This document shows positions 1-7,824 of a DNA stretch of 64,000 nt, in pieces (positions within the stretch are counted from its first letter, which is position 1; every line of letters starts with the position of its first letter). A model generated the notes under the pieces. The model was not told the DNA's origin, did no database searches, and was given only the letters and a program-made list of their open reading frames with translations. The position numbers were made by a program, and so were the translations under genes. This DNA comes from a virus. Where the stretch lies: positions 1 through 64,000 of IMG/VR virus record IMGVR_UViG_3300037851_000476. One strand, 5' to 3'.

Positions 1-58
1 GGTTCTACTAGCGCTATTTTCGGCCGGCTGCGCCAGCAATGGGAAATCGATCACCGGC

Positions 59-337
59 ATGAGCCCGAAGGAAAAGGCCGCCTTCGCCATGTCGATGTAT
101 AACTCGGCCTTTGACGATTACAAGTTCCAGTTCGAGCAGATGAGCGCGGGCGGGCTGGACGGCAAGGAAAAGGAGTTTCTATCCGGATACCTCAAGACGC
201 TGGAAAACTCCTATCGCGCCATCGGCATGTATAACCACTACGCCGCCTCCGGCACGACGGCAACGCCCGAGGCAGAGGCCGCCCTGGTGGCCGCCGTGCG
301 AGAGCTGACCGCACTTCTGGCGAAAGGAGGCAAGTAA
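59..337 (+). CDS. hypothetical protein (92 aa)
   Basis: ORF track. Protein-like composition. 2-nt gap to the next same-strand ORF. Confidence 0.5.
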   Translation: MSPKEKAAFAMSMYNSAFDDYKFQFEQMSAGGLDGKEKEFLSGYLKTLENSYRAIGMYNHYAASGTTATPEAEAALVAAVRELTALLAKGGK

Positions 338-339
338 CC

Positions 340-522
340 ATGGACCCGACCGTAGCGAATCTGATTGCGTCTTTGACCGTGCAATCGATCCACGCCTATT
401 TCACCTACATGCAGATGCAGGGCAAAACGCCCGAGGAGATCGAAACCTTTTACCAGCAGCAGCTCGCCGAGTTCAATTCCAAGAACCCCGCGAGCCTTCC
501 CAGGCCCTACGAGGAGGAATAG
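340..522 (+). CDS. hypothetical protein (60 aa)
   Basis: ORF track. Tightly packed between same-strand ORFs. Confidence 0.45.
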   Translation: MDPTVANLIASLTVQSIHAYFTYMQMQGKTPEEIETFYQQQLAEFNSKNPASLPRPYEEE

Positions 523-770
523 TGGAAATCAAAGTAACCGAGTTCGGATCAGTTGTGGCGGCCTTGATGCTTGTGGGCGGGATACTGAAAAATGCGCTGC
601 CTAAATTTCCCAACCGGATGATCCCGCTTGTAATCCTTGTGCTTGGGGTCGTGGCCTACCTTACGTTGACTGCCGGATGGGGCGACCCAATACAATGGAT
701 AGCGGCAATAGTTGCAGCAGCAACCGCTGTCGGGGCGCATAGCGGGGTGAAAAATACCATGGAGGGTTAG
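522..770 (+). CDS. small membrane protein, holin-like (82 aa)
   Basis: Hydrophobic helices VVAALMLVGGIL, MIPLVILVLGVVAYLTLTA and IAAIVAAATAVGA. Size is typical of holins. GTG start overlaps the previous stop by 1 nt. The function is an inference. Confidence 0.45.
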   Translation: MEIKVTEFGSVVAALMLVGGILKNALPKFPNRMIPLVILVLGVVAYLTLTAGWGDPIQWIAAIVAAATAVGAHSGVKNTMEG

Positions 771-937
771 TCAACCCGTTTGCCATCGGCGAACTCTTTG
801 AGGAGCGACAGCCGGCGGGCTATTGTCTTGGCCTGCCGGCGCCGCTCGATGCGGGTGTCGATAAGGTCAGCCACAACGATAGCGGTTCCCACCAAGAGGT
901 AAGCCGCTGGGTAGAGCAGCAAGTATTCAGACATCAT
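767..937 (-). CDS. possible 56-aa membrane peptide (below ORF-track cutoff)
   Basis: Hand translation: MMSEYLLLYPAAYLLVGTAIVVADLIDTRIERRRQAKTIARRLSLLKEFADGKRVD, stop at 769-767. It has an N-terminal hydrophobic helix. It lies beside the att region. Confidence 0.3.
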   Translation of the reverse strand: MMSEYLLLYPAAYLLVGTAIVVADLIDTRIERRRQAKTIARRLSLLKEFADGKRVD

Positions 938-950
938 CGACTCCGTTTGC

Positions 951-983
951 TTTTAGGATGGTTTTAGGATAGTTTTAGGATCT
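951..983 (+). promoter_or_regulatory. three tandem TTTTAGGAT repeats at 11-bp phasing (candidate integrase arm-type sites)
   Basis: TTTTAGGAT at 951-959, 962-970 and 973-981. The third copy extends to TTTTAGGATCTA, which recurs exactly at 1097-1108. Confidence 0.5.
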
Positions 984-1022
984 AAATTCGGCGGGTGGCA
1001 GGGCTGAAAACATTGGGAAAAA

Positions 1023-1056
1023 TGGCGGAAGTGCATGGGAATCGAACCCATGCATC
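1023..1056 (-). other. tRNA 3'-end fragment (att core candidate), not a complete tRNA
   Basis: The reverse complement reads GATGCATGGGTTCGATTCCCATGCACTTCCGCCA. This gives a T-arm (ATGGG-TTCGATT-CCCAT), an acceptor 3' strand and a CCA-like end. The upstream sequence is the integrase C-terminus, so no D or anticodon arms are present. Confidence 0.6.
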
Positions 1057-1067
1057 GTTCAATAAAA

Positions 1068-2228
1068 TCAGCCACTTTCACCCACCTTTAGGCTCTTTTT
1101 AGGATCTAGTCGGATCACTTTCCCCTCAAGCAGCTCCTTTCTTCTCGCCTCCTCGACAACCGCGTACCTCTTGACCGAATCAAGCCGCGCCCAATCCCCG
1201 GCCATCTGCAGCTCGGAGAGCGATAGGCCATGATCGTTCACGAGCTGGCAGGCCGTTGAGTGTTTCAGCCCCGCGTAGAGCGGGATCTGCTCGCCGACTT
1301 TTTCGCAGGCCGTTTTCCATATCCGGTTGAGGCTTTCGAGCGTGTAGCCCTTGCCTTTGGCGCGGGCGAGTCGATTGACGAAGATATGCGGCTCAAAGCC
1401 GCGTCTAAGAACATCGATAACTGGCCTAAATAGCTGGTGGCAAGGGACTCGATGTATCGCACCTGTCTTTGTAGACTCAACAATTTCTCGTGCAGAAATA
1501 CCGCGTCGGATCGTGAAAACTTTGCCATCCCAATCCTCCCATTTCAAAGCGCAGGCTTCCCCGGGCCGGCGTAAGTGGTATTTCAGGAAAAGAAAGATCG
1601 GCCGGTCGGCCTCGGGGATCGCCTCGATGATCGCCATTTGCCGGTCCTCGGGCAGCCATTTGATCGGAGGCGGCTGATACCGGATTTTGGGAAACGGCGG
1701 CACGACCGGGATCCGTCCCGATCTCCAAGCATAATTCAGGCAGGCATGCAGGCAGCCCAGGACGTTTTTCTTGCCCTTGGGGCTCCGGTTGATCGAGTTG
1801 GCAAGCTCCTGCAGCGTGTCGTATCCGATCTCGTGAATAAAGATGCGCCGGCCGGAAAAGAAGGGCTCCATGTGCCGGATGCTGACCTCGTAATCCTTCA
1901 CGGTGGCCGGCGCGAGAGTCTGCTCGACCGCTTTCAACCACACCCAAAGATACTCGACCGGCTCATTCCATTCCTGCTTGGTGAACTTCTCAAGTCGGAA
2001 TACCCCGTTTTCGGTGTCGCCCTGCATCTGCGCGAGCAGCTTTTGAGCGATGCGCCGGTCGTATATCTTCGCCCCGCGGTAGCGGTAGACCTTGATCGAT
2101 TTCTTGCGGTTGTGGTCGTACCAAAGGACAAACCAGCACTTGCCACGTTTTTGATAGTGGATGGTTCCGGACATGCAGCCCCCACCGGTTACGGTTTGGG
2201 GCCGATGATATGCGGAAATAATTTCCAT
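1068..2228 (-). CDS. int: tyrosine recombinase / phage integrase
   Basis: Contains RRPGEACALKWEDW (Arg box). The C-terminal LKHSTACQLV...GDWARLDSVKRYA has His and Tyr in the expected order. It is adjacent to the tRNA fragment. An alternative start is at 2174 (MSGTIHYQ). Confidence 0.85.
   Translation of the reverse strand: MEIISAYHRPQTVTGGGCMSGTIHYQKRGKCWFVLWYDHNRKKSIKVYRYRGAKIYDRRIAQKLLAQMQGDTENGVFRLEKFTKQEWNEPVEYLWVWLKAVEQTLAPATVKDYEVSIRHMEPFFSGRRIFIHEIGYDTLQELANSINRSPKGKKNVLGCLHACLNYAWRSGRIPVVPPFPKIRYQPPPIKWLPEDRQMAIIEAIPEADRPIFLFLKYHLRRPGEACALKWEDWDGKVFTIRRGISAREIVESTKTGAIHRVPCHQLFRPVIDVLRRGFEPHIFVNRLARAKGKGYTLESLNRIWKTACEKVGEQIPLYAGLKHSTACQLVNDHGLSLSELQMAGDWARLDSVKRYAVVEEARRKELLEGKVIRLDPKKSLKVGESG
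1097..1108 (+). promoter_or_regulatory. fourth TTTTAGGATCTA copy on the other side of the tRNA-like core
   Basis: Exact 12-mer match to 973-984. It lies inside the 3' end of the integrase gene. Confidence 0.4.
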
Positions 2229-2253
2229 ATCAAGAGCAGTAGTTTTTCTAATC

Positions 2254-2325
2254 CCTCTGCGACATGTCGCGTAGACCTTGATCCAGTATTTTTAGGTCTT
2301 TAACCCAACCTCTGCGACATGTCGC
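2254..2325. promoter_or_regulatory. two identical 17-bp repeats, each containing the 12-bp palindrome GCGACATGTCGC (candidate operators upstream of int)
   Basis: CCTCTGCGACATGTCGC at 2254-2270 and 2309-2325, with a 55-bp centre-to-centre distance, in the int/recT intergenic region. Confidence 0.55.
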
Positions 2326-2339
2326 ATATCAAACTGGAA

Positions 2340-3872
2340 TCACTCAACCGGTGGATGCCGTTCTAAAATGTTTTCGATCTCGGCCAGAACGGTGTTCGCA
2401 GCATCGAGCGTGTCCTCTGCGCTGATCCGCAAGTTTGCGCGCGCTTGTTTGACATAGAGGGGGTGCCGCGCCTCGTAGTCGGCGATCATGGCCTTGAGCT
2501 TCTGCAGCTCCGAGGATTCCGGATCCTGGTTTGATGCCGCCTGCGGCGGCGCCGGCTGTGCCGGAGGCGGCGGCGGCGCCTGCGGATCGAGCGGCCATGG
2601 CTCCTCGCCCTTGTAGACGTTGAGCCACTTGCCGCGCGCCTCCGACAGGACATCGGCGGGGGCGGCCATGAACGCCTCGATGTGTGTTTTGACGTAGGCC
2701 GCATACCCGGGACCGCGAAGGTTGATCCAGTTCTTCCGCGCCCATGGGGCGGCGGGGGGTGTGTTGTTGGCCTCGGCCTGCGGGGCGGGGGCTGCTGCAG
2801 GGGGCGCCTGGGGCGCCGGAGCGGCCTGCTGCGGGGCCTTTGGCTGAAACCCAAAGGATCGCTCGTATGCCGCCCAAAGATCGGCGAAACGGCCATCGCC
2901 GGCCACCTTCCGCTTGAACTCCTCGACGGTCATGTTATTGCCGCTGGCGGTTGCCGCGACGAAGTTATCCCATGACTCGCTCGGCCAGGACATCAAACGC
3001 TCCTTGGCCAGGGTGTCGAAGTCGGCTGCGGGGGCTTGCAGCTTCGCAGGGCTGTCGCCAAATTCGTAGTTGGTTAGCGGCGAGTACCCGGCGCCGTTGT
3101 CCTTGGTATCATCGAACTCGACCGCCTGCATGAACTCGATCGATGCCGGCACCAGCTTCGCGGAGTGTTTGATAACGGTCTTGAGCGCCATTTCCTCGGG
3201 CCATTGATGCCAAACGCTATCCTGCTTGCCGCCGCCCTTGTTCGGGTCGCCGGTTTCGGCCCAGGTGTAGCTCTGGCTCTTGGCGCGGCGCTTGTGGATC
3301 TCGAACGCCGGCATAAAATCGGGGTGCATCGTGCCGTCTTTGAGCTTCCAGACCACATAGGCGCCGATAAACTCCCCGGGCTGGCCGGCCTTGCGTTTCT
3401 CGGGATCCATGAACCATGGCTTATGGACGAGGGTTCTTTCCATGCCGTAGGAAAGATCGAAGATGTCGTTTTCGTAGACGCATGATCCCCACACATCGAG
3501 GATCAGTCCGGATCTGCGGCCGAGGTCAACAAAGCCCTGGTAGCCGACCTGGGGCTGCACTTCGTACTGCTTTACCCATCGCCCATCGACCTGTTTGCTG
3601 TTCAGGTAGGGAACGAGGTAGGCGCGGCCGAGGATCGGTTCAAGGCCGAGCTGGCTGAAAAACATGGCCGCCTGCAGCATGCTCTCGGTGGTGCATTCAA
3701 CCAGCTTCGGGTTGCGCAGGATCGCGCCGTAAAAGACCTTGAGAAACCGCTCGGCGTTCAGCATCTTCGGGGCGGCAGCCATGATCTGAGCCTTGATACC
3801 CTCGCTATTCAGGTATCTCTTGAGGCTGATCGCCTTCTCGTTGTAGGGGGCTAATTCTTTTCCGTTTGCCAT
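2340..3872 (-). CDS. recT: RecT-family single-strand annealing protein with a long C-terminal extension
   Basis: Core motifs are LGLEPILGRAYLVPY, QVGYQGFVDLGRRSG and VYENDIFD. The last ~230 aa are Pro/Ala/Gln-rich with helical islands. Confidence 0.8.
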   Translation of the reverse strand: MANGKELAPYNEKAISLKRYLNSEGIKAQIMAAAPKMLNAERFLKVFYGAILRNPKLVECTTESMLQAAMFFSQLGLEPILGRAYLVPYLNSKQVDGRWVKQYEVQPQVGYQGFVDLGRRSGLILDVWGSCVYENDIFDLSYGMERTLVHKPWFMDPEKRKAGQPGEFIGAYVVWKLKDGTMHPDFMPAFEIHKRRAKSQSYTWAETGDPNKGGGKQDSVWHQWPEEMALKTVIKHSAKLVPASIEFMQAVEFDDTKDNGAGYSPLTNYEFGDSPAKLQAPAADFDTLAKERLMSWPSESWDNFVAATASGNNMTVEEFKRKVAGDGRFADLWAAYERSFGFQPKAPQQAAPAPQAPPAAAPAPQAEANNTPPAAPWARKNWINLRGPGYAAYVKTHIEAFMAAPADVLSEARGKWLNVYKGEEPWPLDPQAPPPPPAQPAPPQAASNQDPESSELQKLKAMIADYEARHPLYVKQARANLRISAEDTLDAANTVLAEIENILERHPPVE

Positions 3873-3887
3873 CTTTGGGGCTCCTTT

Positions 3888-4592
3888 CTATAGCCGGATC
3901 TGTACCGACTCCTCTTGGTAGATTTCGATTCCAGGGATCACCCTCGCGCCGGCCCGAACCGCCTTGTTGAGCGCCACGGAGTCGATCACAAGGTACTCAC
4001 GCGGAACCTGCGCGATGTCTACGAGCTTCCATTTCCAATCGGCCCGCTGGCTGGCGCTGCCCTCCTCGGTTCGTACCGGCTCCTGCTTCTGAGGAAGCAC
4101 CGGCATCTGCACCTCGACCCGGGGCAGGTTCTTCTCGGCCGATTCCGCGTCAAGCCGCTCCTGCAGCCTGCGGGCCTCCTCCTGGGCGCGGCGCTCGGCT
4201 TCGAGCCGTTCGAGCTTGAGCTTGGACAGGTAGGCGTTGATCTTGGGCTTGAGGATGATTCTCTCGATGTTTTCAAGAACATCGGTGTAGACCTTGGCGA
4301 GGTTTGTGACCGCCTTGGTGTACTGCTGATAGGGGCCGACCTTTTCCTTGCGCATGTCCTCGATCAGCTTTGCCAACCGTTTTGCCTGGGCGGCCATTTC
4401 GACTGCCGAGCGGTTGCTTTCATCATCGACCACTTGATGATTCTCGGCGGTTTGCTTCATCGATGCGACTTCGGCCTCGTATGCCTTGAGGGCATCGCGG
4501 ACGGGCGCGACATCGAACGGATCCCTCGCGGCCGGTGGCGGCGCGGCCTTCTTTGCTTTCTTAGGTTTTGCTGCGACATCAAAATCAAGCAT
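3888..4592 (-). CDS. coiled-coil protein of the recombination module (function unknown)
   Basis: ORF track. Charged heptad-like central region. C-terminal WKWKLVDIAQVPREYLVID...IPGIEIY. It is translationally close to recT. Confidence 0.6.
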   Translation of the reverse strand: MLDFDVAAKPKKAKKAAPPPAARDPFDVAPVRDALKAYEAEVASMKQTAENHQVVDDESNRSAVEMAAQAKRLAKLIEDMRKEKVGPYQQYTKAVTNLAKVYTDVLENIERIILKPKINAYLSKLKLERLEAERRAQEEARRLQERLDAESAEKNLPRVEVQMPVLPQKQEPVRTEEGSASQRADWKWKLVDIAQVPREYLVIDSVALNKAVRAGARVIPGIEIYQEESVQIRL

Positions 4593-4647
4593 CGTCTGCC
4601 TCCTTTGTTCTTTGTCCCCGGGAAATGTAGACGATAATTTTAAAGGT

Positions 4648-4682
4648 CAGCCGGGGGCCGAACCGCTCAAGGCCCCCGGCTG
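4648..4682 (-). terminator. perfect 12-bp stem hairpin (possible attenuator/terminator within the leftward operon)
   Basis: CAGCCGGGGGCC (4648-4659) pairs with GGCCCCCGGCTG (4671-4682) around an 11-nt loop. On the minus strand it is followed only by a weak A/U-rich tract. Confidence 0.35.
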
Positions 4683-4741
4683 CGGCAGCGACATATCTCG
4701 GCGGGGTGCCATCCACTACCGAGAGCCCGGACACCGGGGGT

Positions 4742-4948
4742 TCACCGCTGGCCTCCTTCCCTGTTCCGGAACTGTTCTGCGTCCGGACAGGTATCCCAGT
4801 GGATCGGGTAACAATCCCCGATCCAAACCGTTTCCCCGTCCTTCGTCATCATCGCCATTCGACGGGGGTTATCGTCCAGGGGCATGTTCTTGCCCTTGCT
4901 GGTTTTCTTCCAGATGATCTCGGCACCGCACGATTTGCATGTTGGCAC
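4742..4948 (-). CDS. small zinc-ribbon-like protein (68 aa)
   Basis: CKSCGAEIIW...GKNMPLD plus a distal Cys/His. ORF track. Confidence 0.55.
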   Translation of the reverse strand: MPTCKSCGAEIIWKKTSKGKNMPLDDNPRRMAMMTKDGETVWIGDCYPIHWDTCPDAEQFRNREGGQR

Positions 4949-5477
4949 TTGATTTTTTCTCCCTTATTTTTCGTTGTGCTTCGGCATTACAACTGCGGTG
5001 AATAGCAGCCCTGCCGTCATGGTTTATATAAAGATTTTTTGGGTCATCGTACTCGTGGCAATATTTGCACTTTCTCCAATTTGCATGCCCGCATGTGCGA
5101 AATGCCTGTGTTCTTGCTTCGATGAGTCTGTGATAAGATTTACTCTCACAGATAACCAACTTAGCCCTGGACTCATCGCTATAGCCATCATAGTGATGAA
5201 CCTCGGCACCGGGAGGAAGCGGTTTGCCTAACACCTTTTCGGCAATTAGACGGTGTTCTCGATCTCGTATCCCAGGGCTGCGCCAAACTCGAAAATACTT
5301 TTCACCAGAACGGCTACGACCGCCATTCCAGTTCCAGTTTGCAGAACCTCGGCAATGGTGATTATGGATAAATCTAAGCGGCTGCCCTTTTATCCAACCG
5401 CGTTTTTTGTCCGTGCGCGGAGCAAAATTAGTAATTTCACCGCATCCACATTGACAATACCCATAGGGTTCCTTCAT
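4869..5477 (-). CDS. HNH endonuclease
   Basis: CQCGCG zinc knuckle. EVHHYDG...KLVICESKSYHRLIE is an H-N-H type core. The start at 5477 follows AGGTGA. The ORF-track start at 5507 would overlap the upstream gene. The gene lies in a low-GC patch. Confidence 0.75.
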   Translation of the reverse strand: MKEPYGYCQCGCGEITNFAPRTDKKRGWIKGQPLRFIHNHHCRGSANWNWNGGRSRSGEKYFRVWRSPGIRDREHRLIAEKVLGKPLPPGAEVHHYDGYSDESRAKLVICESKSYHRLIEARTQAFRTCGHANWRKCKYCHEYDDPKNLYINHDGRAAIHRSCNAEAQRKIREKKSSANMQIVRCRDHLEENQQGQEHAPGR

Positions 5478-5481
5478 TTTT

Positions 5482-6036
5482 TCACCTGCCGATATATCGA
5501 TGAACATTTAATGCTGATAAAAAAACAGAGAAATCTCTATCACTATGGATATACTCGTCTGCAAGTGGCATCCCACCGTTTTCTTTTAATCTAAGAGAAA
5601 AAAGCCTTGAGTTATTCGTAATTCCCCATCCTGATTTTTGCGCCAAATTTTTATAGGCTGAAAGCTGTAGATTCCATAACTTGCCTTTTGTTTTTCCGGT
5701 TTTAAGATCTACGATTGAAAGCTCTTTATCGTTACTCATACGCACGATCAGGTCGGGCTTGCCGGTGTATTGGAGATCGTGGTCTACGAGCGCGGGCTCG
5801 ACGGCCACCACCTCGGCGACCATGGCAAACCACTTCAAAAACGAGTCGAAATATCCCTGCACCTCGGGCTTGGCCATCACAAACTGCATCCCGGCTGCCA
5901 GGGCCAAGCAGGGGGTGTGCGCGTCGGTTCCGCGCTCGCATGCGGCCTCCAAGATGTCGGGCCGCACCCGATCAAATCCGCAATACGGCCCGAGTACCTG
6001 GGTTACTGACGGGTATGGGAAATTAGGGTTAGGCAT
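5482..6036 (-). CDS. PD-(D/E)xK (Cas4/RecB-like) nuclease, probable exonuclease partner of RecT
   Basis: Contains GKPDLIV...IVDLKTGK...QLSAY (D, D-x-K and Q-x-x-x-Y motifs). The position is next to the recT module. Confidence 0.65.
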   Translation of the reverse strand: MPNPNFPYPSVTQVLGPYCGFDRVRPDILEAACERGTDAHTPCLALAAGMQFVMAKPEVQGYFDSFLKWFAMVAEVVAVEPALVDHDLQYTGKPDLIVRMSNDKELSIVDLKTGKTKGKLWNLQLSAYKNLAQKSGWGITNNSRLFSLRLKENGGMPLADEYIHSDRDFSVFLSALNVHRYIGR

Positions 6037-6616
6037 CCTCGCTCCACCGCTCGGCGGCCTCGGCCGTCATCAAGGGCTGCAGCCAATCATAAATGGCGTC
6101 GAACCGGACCTTGCCGCCATCGCGCGGGATCGGTGCGATGAACTTGGATTTAAAGTCCTGATAATGGTTGAGCGCGATCGCGTACAGCTCGCCCTCGGCG
6201 CCCATGTAGTTCTGAAACTTGCGCTTCCGGCCGCCCCAATTCAGGTGGCGCAGAAAGGCCTCGACCGCATTCAAGGCAAGATCGGCGGGACCGCTGCCGG
6301 CATAGCCAAACTCGAAGCCGTCGGGGCTATGGTGGGTCACGATATGCGGGATATTGGTGTAGACCACGCCACGCTCCCGCATGCAGAAAAGCCCCTCGGA
6401 AAGCGGTAGGCAGTAGTAGCGGTCGGACTCGTGTGAAGCCCCTACCGACCTGGCGGCCGTTTTGCCGGAGCAGACCGGACCCATGCCGCGATCAACGCTC
6501 GCCGGATCCGAGAGGCGCCGGCCGCAGACAGAGCATTTACCGATCGAGCGGTGCGCCAGGGCAACGGCCCGCTCGACTTCTTCGGCGCCACCATAAGGAC
6601 AATGCAGTTCGTTCAT
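6029..6616 (-). CDS. hypothetical protein with a zinc-ribbon-like CxxCGR...GxGPxC motif
   Basis: Contains CSVCGRRLSDPASVDRGMGPVC followed by HHSPDGFEFGYAGSGPADLA. I believe these correspond to DUF-type phage domains. Not searched. Confidence 0.6.
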   Translation of the reverse strand: MNELHCPYGGAEEVERAVALAHRSIGKCSVCGRRLSDPASVDRGMGPVCSGKTAARSVGASHESDRYYCLPLSEGLFCMRERGVVYTNIPHIVTHHSPDGFEFGYAGSGPADLALNAVEAFLRHLNWGGRKRKFQNYMGAEGELYAIALNHYQDFKSKFIAPIPRDGGKVRFDAIYDWLQPLMTAEAAERWSEDA

Positions 6617-6628
6617 TAGGCACCCCCT

Positions 6629-7018
6629 TTACTTAATGGAGAGAATGTCGGCCAAGCTCTCGCCGGTTTCCTCTCCCCATTGCGAACGAGGGGCAAGCGC
6701 TTGGCCCGCGAAATTGTAATCGCTCCCGCAGCGGCAGGTGTTTGTAAACCCGTCCAAAACGACCTCTCTGCCGCAATGGCATCGGCCGACCGCGGGCTCC
6801 GTCCAGCGATGGGCAAACATCCGAAGCCCCTTGTAGCGCAGCTTGCCGGCCTTAACGTCCTGCTGCAGCTCCGCGTATCTTTCGCGGGCGGCCTTATCGA
6901 TGGGCTGCCCGCTCTCGCTGCAGTTGATCGCAAAGCCACGACTCGGATCCTCGACGCTCACAAAATCGTGGACGTACTCGATTTCCTCTTTTCTCTCGCG
7001 TTGACGGATGATTTTCAT
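6629..7018 (-). CDS. hypothetical Cys-rich protein (129 aa)
   Basis: GRCHCGREVVLDGFTNTCRCGSDYNF zinc-binding-like pattern. ORF track. Confidence 0.6.
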   Translation of the reverse strand: MKIIRQRERKEEIEYVHDFVSVEDPSRGFAINCSESGQPIDKAARERYAELQQDVKAGKLRYKGLRMFAHRWTEPAVGRCHCGREVVLDGFTNTCRCGSDYNFAGQALAPRSQWGEETGESLADILSIK

Positions 7019-7033
7019 TTGGCACCCCCTGGT

Positions 7034-7327
7034 TTACTGGCAATGGTTGTCAAAGCAGTCACACGAACGATCTGCCGGCTTTTCCGATCCGCAGCGCTCG
7101 CAGACTTCGCCCATTTCGAGCGCCAGCAGGGCCATGCGTATCAGCCGCATCATGCCGGACTCCAAGTTGCGCGCGCGCATGGCTTTTGGTTTCAGAGTGC
7201 AGAGGATATAGCCGTTGCTCTTGCCGGGGAGCGTCCAGCCGTTGCCGGAAAAAACCAAAATGGCATCCTTCCTCGCCGTGACTGCTACCCGTTGCTCGTC
7301 TGAAAAGATGACTTCAATCGTTTTCAT
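7034..7327 (-). CDS. hypothetical protein (97 aa)
   Basis: ORF track. C-terminal CERCG...CDCFDNHC. Confidence 0.55.
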   Translation of the reverse strand: MKTIEVIFSDEQRVAVTARKDAILVFSGNGWTLPGKSNGYILCTLKPKAMRARNLESGMMRLIRMALLALEMGEVCERCGSEKPADRSCDCFDNHCQ

Positions 7328-7351
7328 TTGGCACCCCCTTGGTTTTATAGT

Positions 7352-7600
7352 TCACTTCTTCGGAAAGGCGGCCCGGCCAAGGCACCTCATCACCTCGTCC
7401 TCAACCGACTTCGACCAAAAGCCGCCAGTAAACGCCCTGGTTATGTTGCGGGCCATGACGATAGCGCAGACATCGGAATGGTTTCGAACGGCCGCCAGAT
7501 CCTCAAGCATTTGCTTCGCCTGCGTGTGCGGGATTTCCTTCACGCGGCGGCGGGCCTTCGCCAGAAGTTTTTTGATCCCATCGCCTGCCTGCCTGCCCAT
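7352..7600 (-). CDS. hypothetical protein, first gene of the leftward early operon
   Basis: AAGGAGG lies 4 nt upstream of the ATG. It is directly downstream of the consensus promoter. Confidence 0.6.
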   Translation of the reverse strand: MGRQAGDGIKKLLAKARRRVKEIPHTQAKQMLEDLAAVRNHSDVCAIVMARNITRAFTGGFWSKSVEDEVMRCLGRAAFPKK

Positions 7601-7624
7601 AAGCCCTCCTTGCTGTGGTGGCAG

Positions 7625-7653
7625 ATATTAGAAATTTTTTCAGTTAATGTCAA
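7625..7653 (-). promoter_or_regulatory. sigma70-type promoter (early-left)
   Basis: The minus strand reads TTGACA (7653-7648), a 17-nt spacer, then TAATAT (7630-7625). The RBS and ATG of 7352..7600 follow. Confidence 0.7.
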
Positions 7654-7685
7654 GAAAAATTTTCAGGAAGTTACCTTGGAACCCG

Positions 7686-7719
7686 CGAAAAAAAGCCCTC
7701 GCGGTTACGCCGAGGGCTT
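7686..7719 (-). terminator. rho-independent terminator downstream of the repressor gene
   Basis: Stem AAGCCCTCG (7693-7701) pairs with CGAGGGCTT (7711-7719). The minus-strand transcript would end in a U7 tract (complement of the A-run at 7687-7693). Confidence 0.7.
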
Positions 7720-7824
7720 AAAAATAAACAACTTCTATTATTTATCCTGTTGCCTTGACAATTCTAAGGTCTGTTGTGGGGCTACTTTCGAGGGGGGAAG
7801 CTCCGCGAGGTTGTCTTTTTTTGG

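Noticed and set aside
1-940. The region left of the att site as host chromosome (prophage boundary).
   Set aside because: The three tightly packed + strand ORFs, including a holin-like protein, look like a continuation of the late genes at the right end of the window. This cannot be excluded without flanking sequence.
1023-1110. A complete tRNA gene at the integrase end.
   Set aside because: Only the T-arm and acceptor 3' strand are present. The preceding 40-50 nt encode the integrase C-terminus and cannot form D or anticodon arms.
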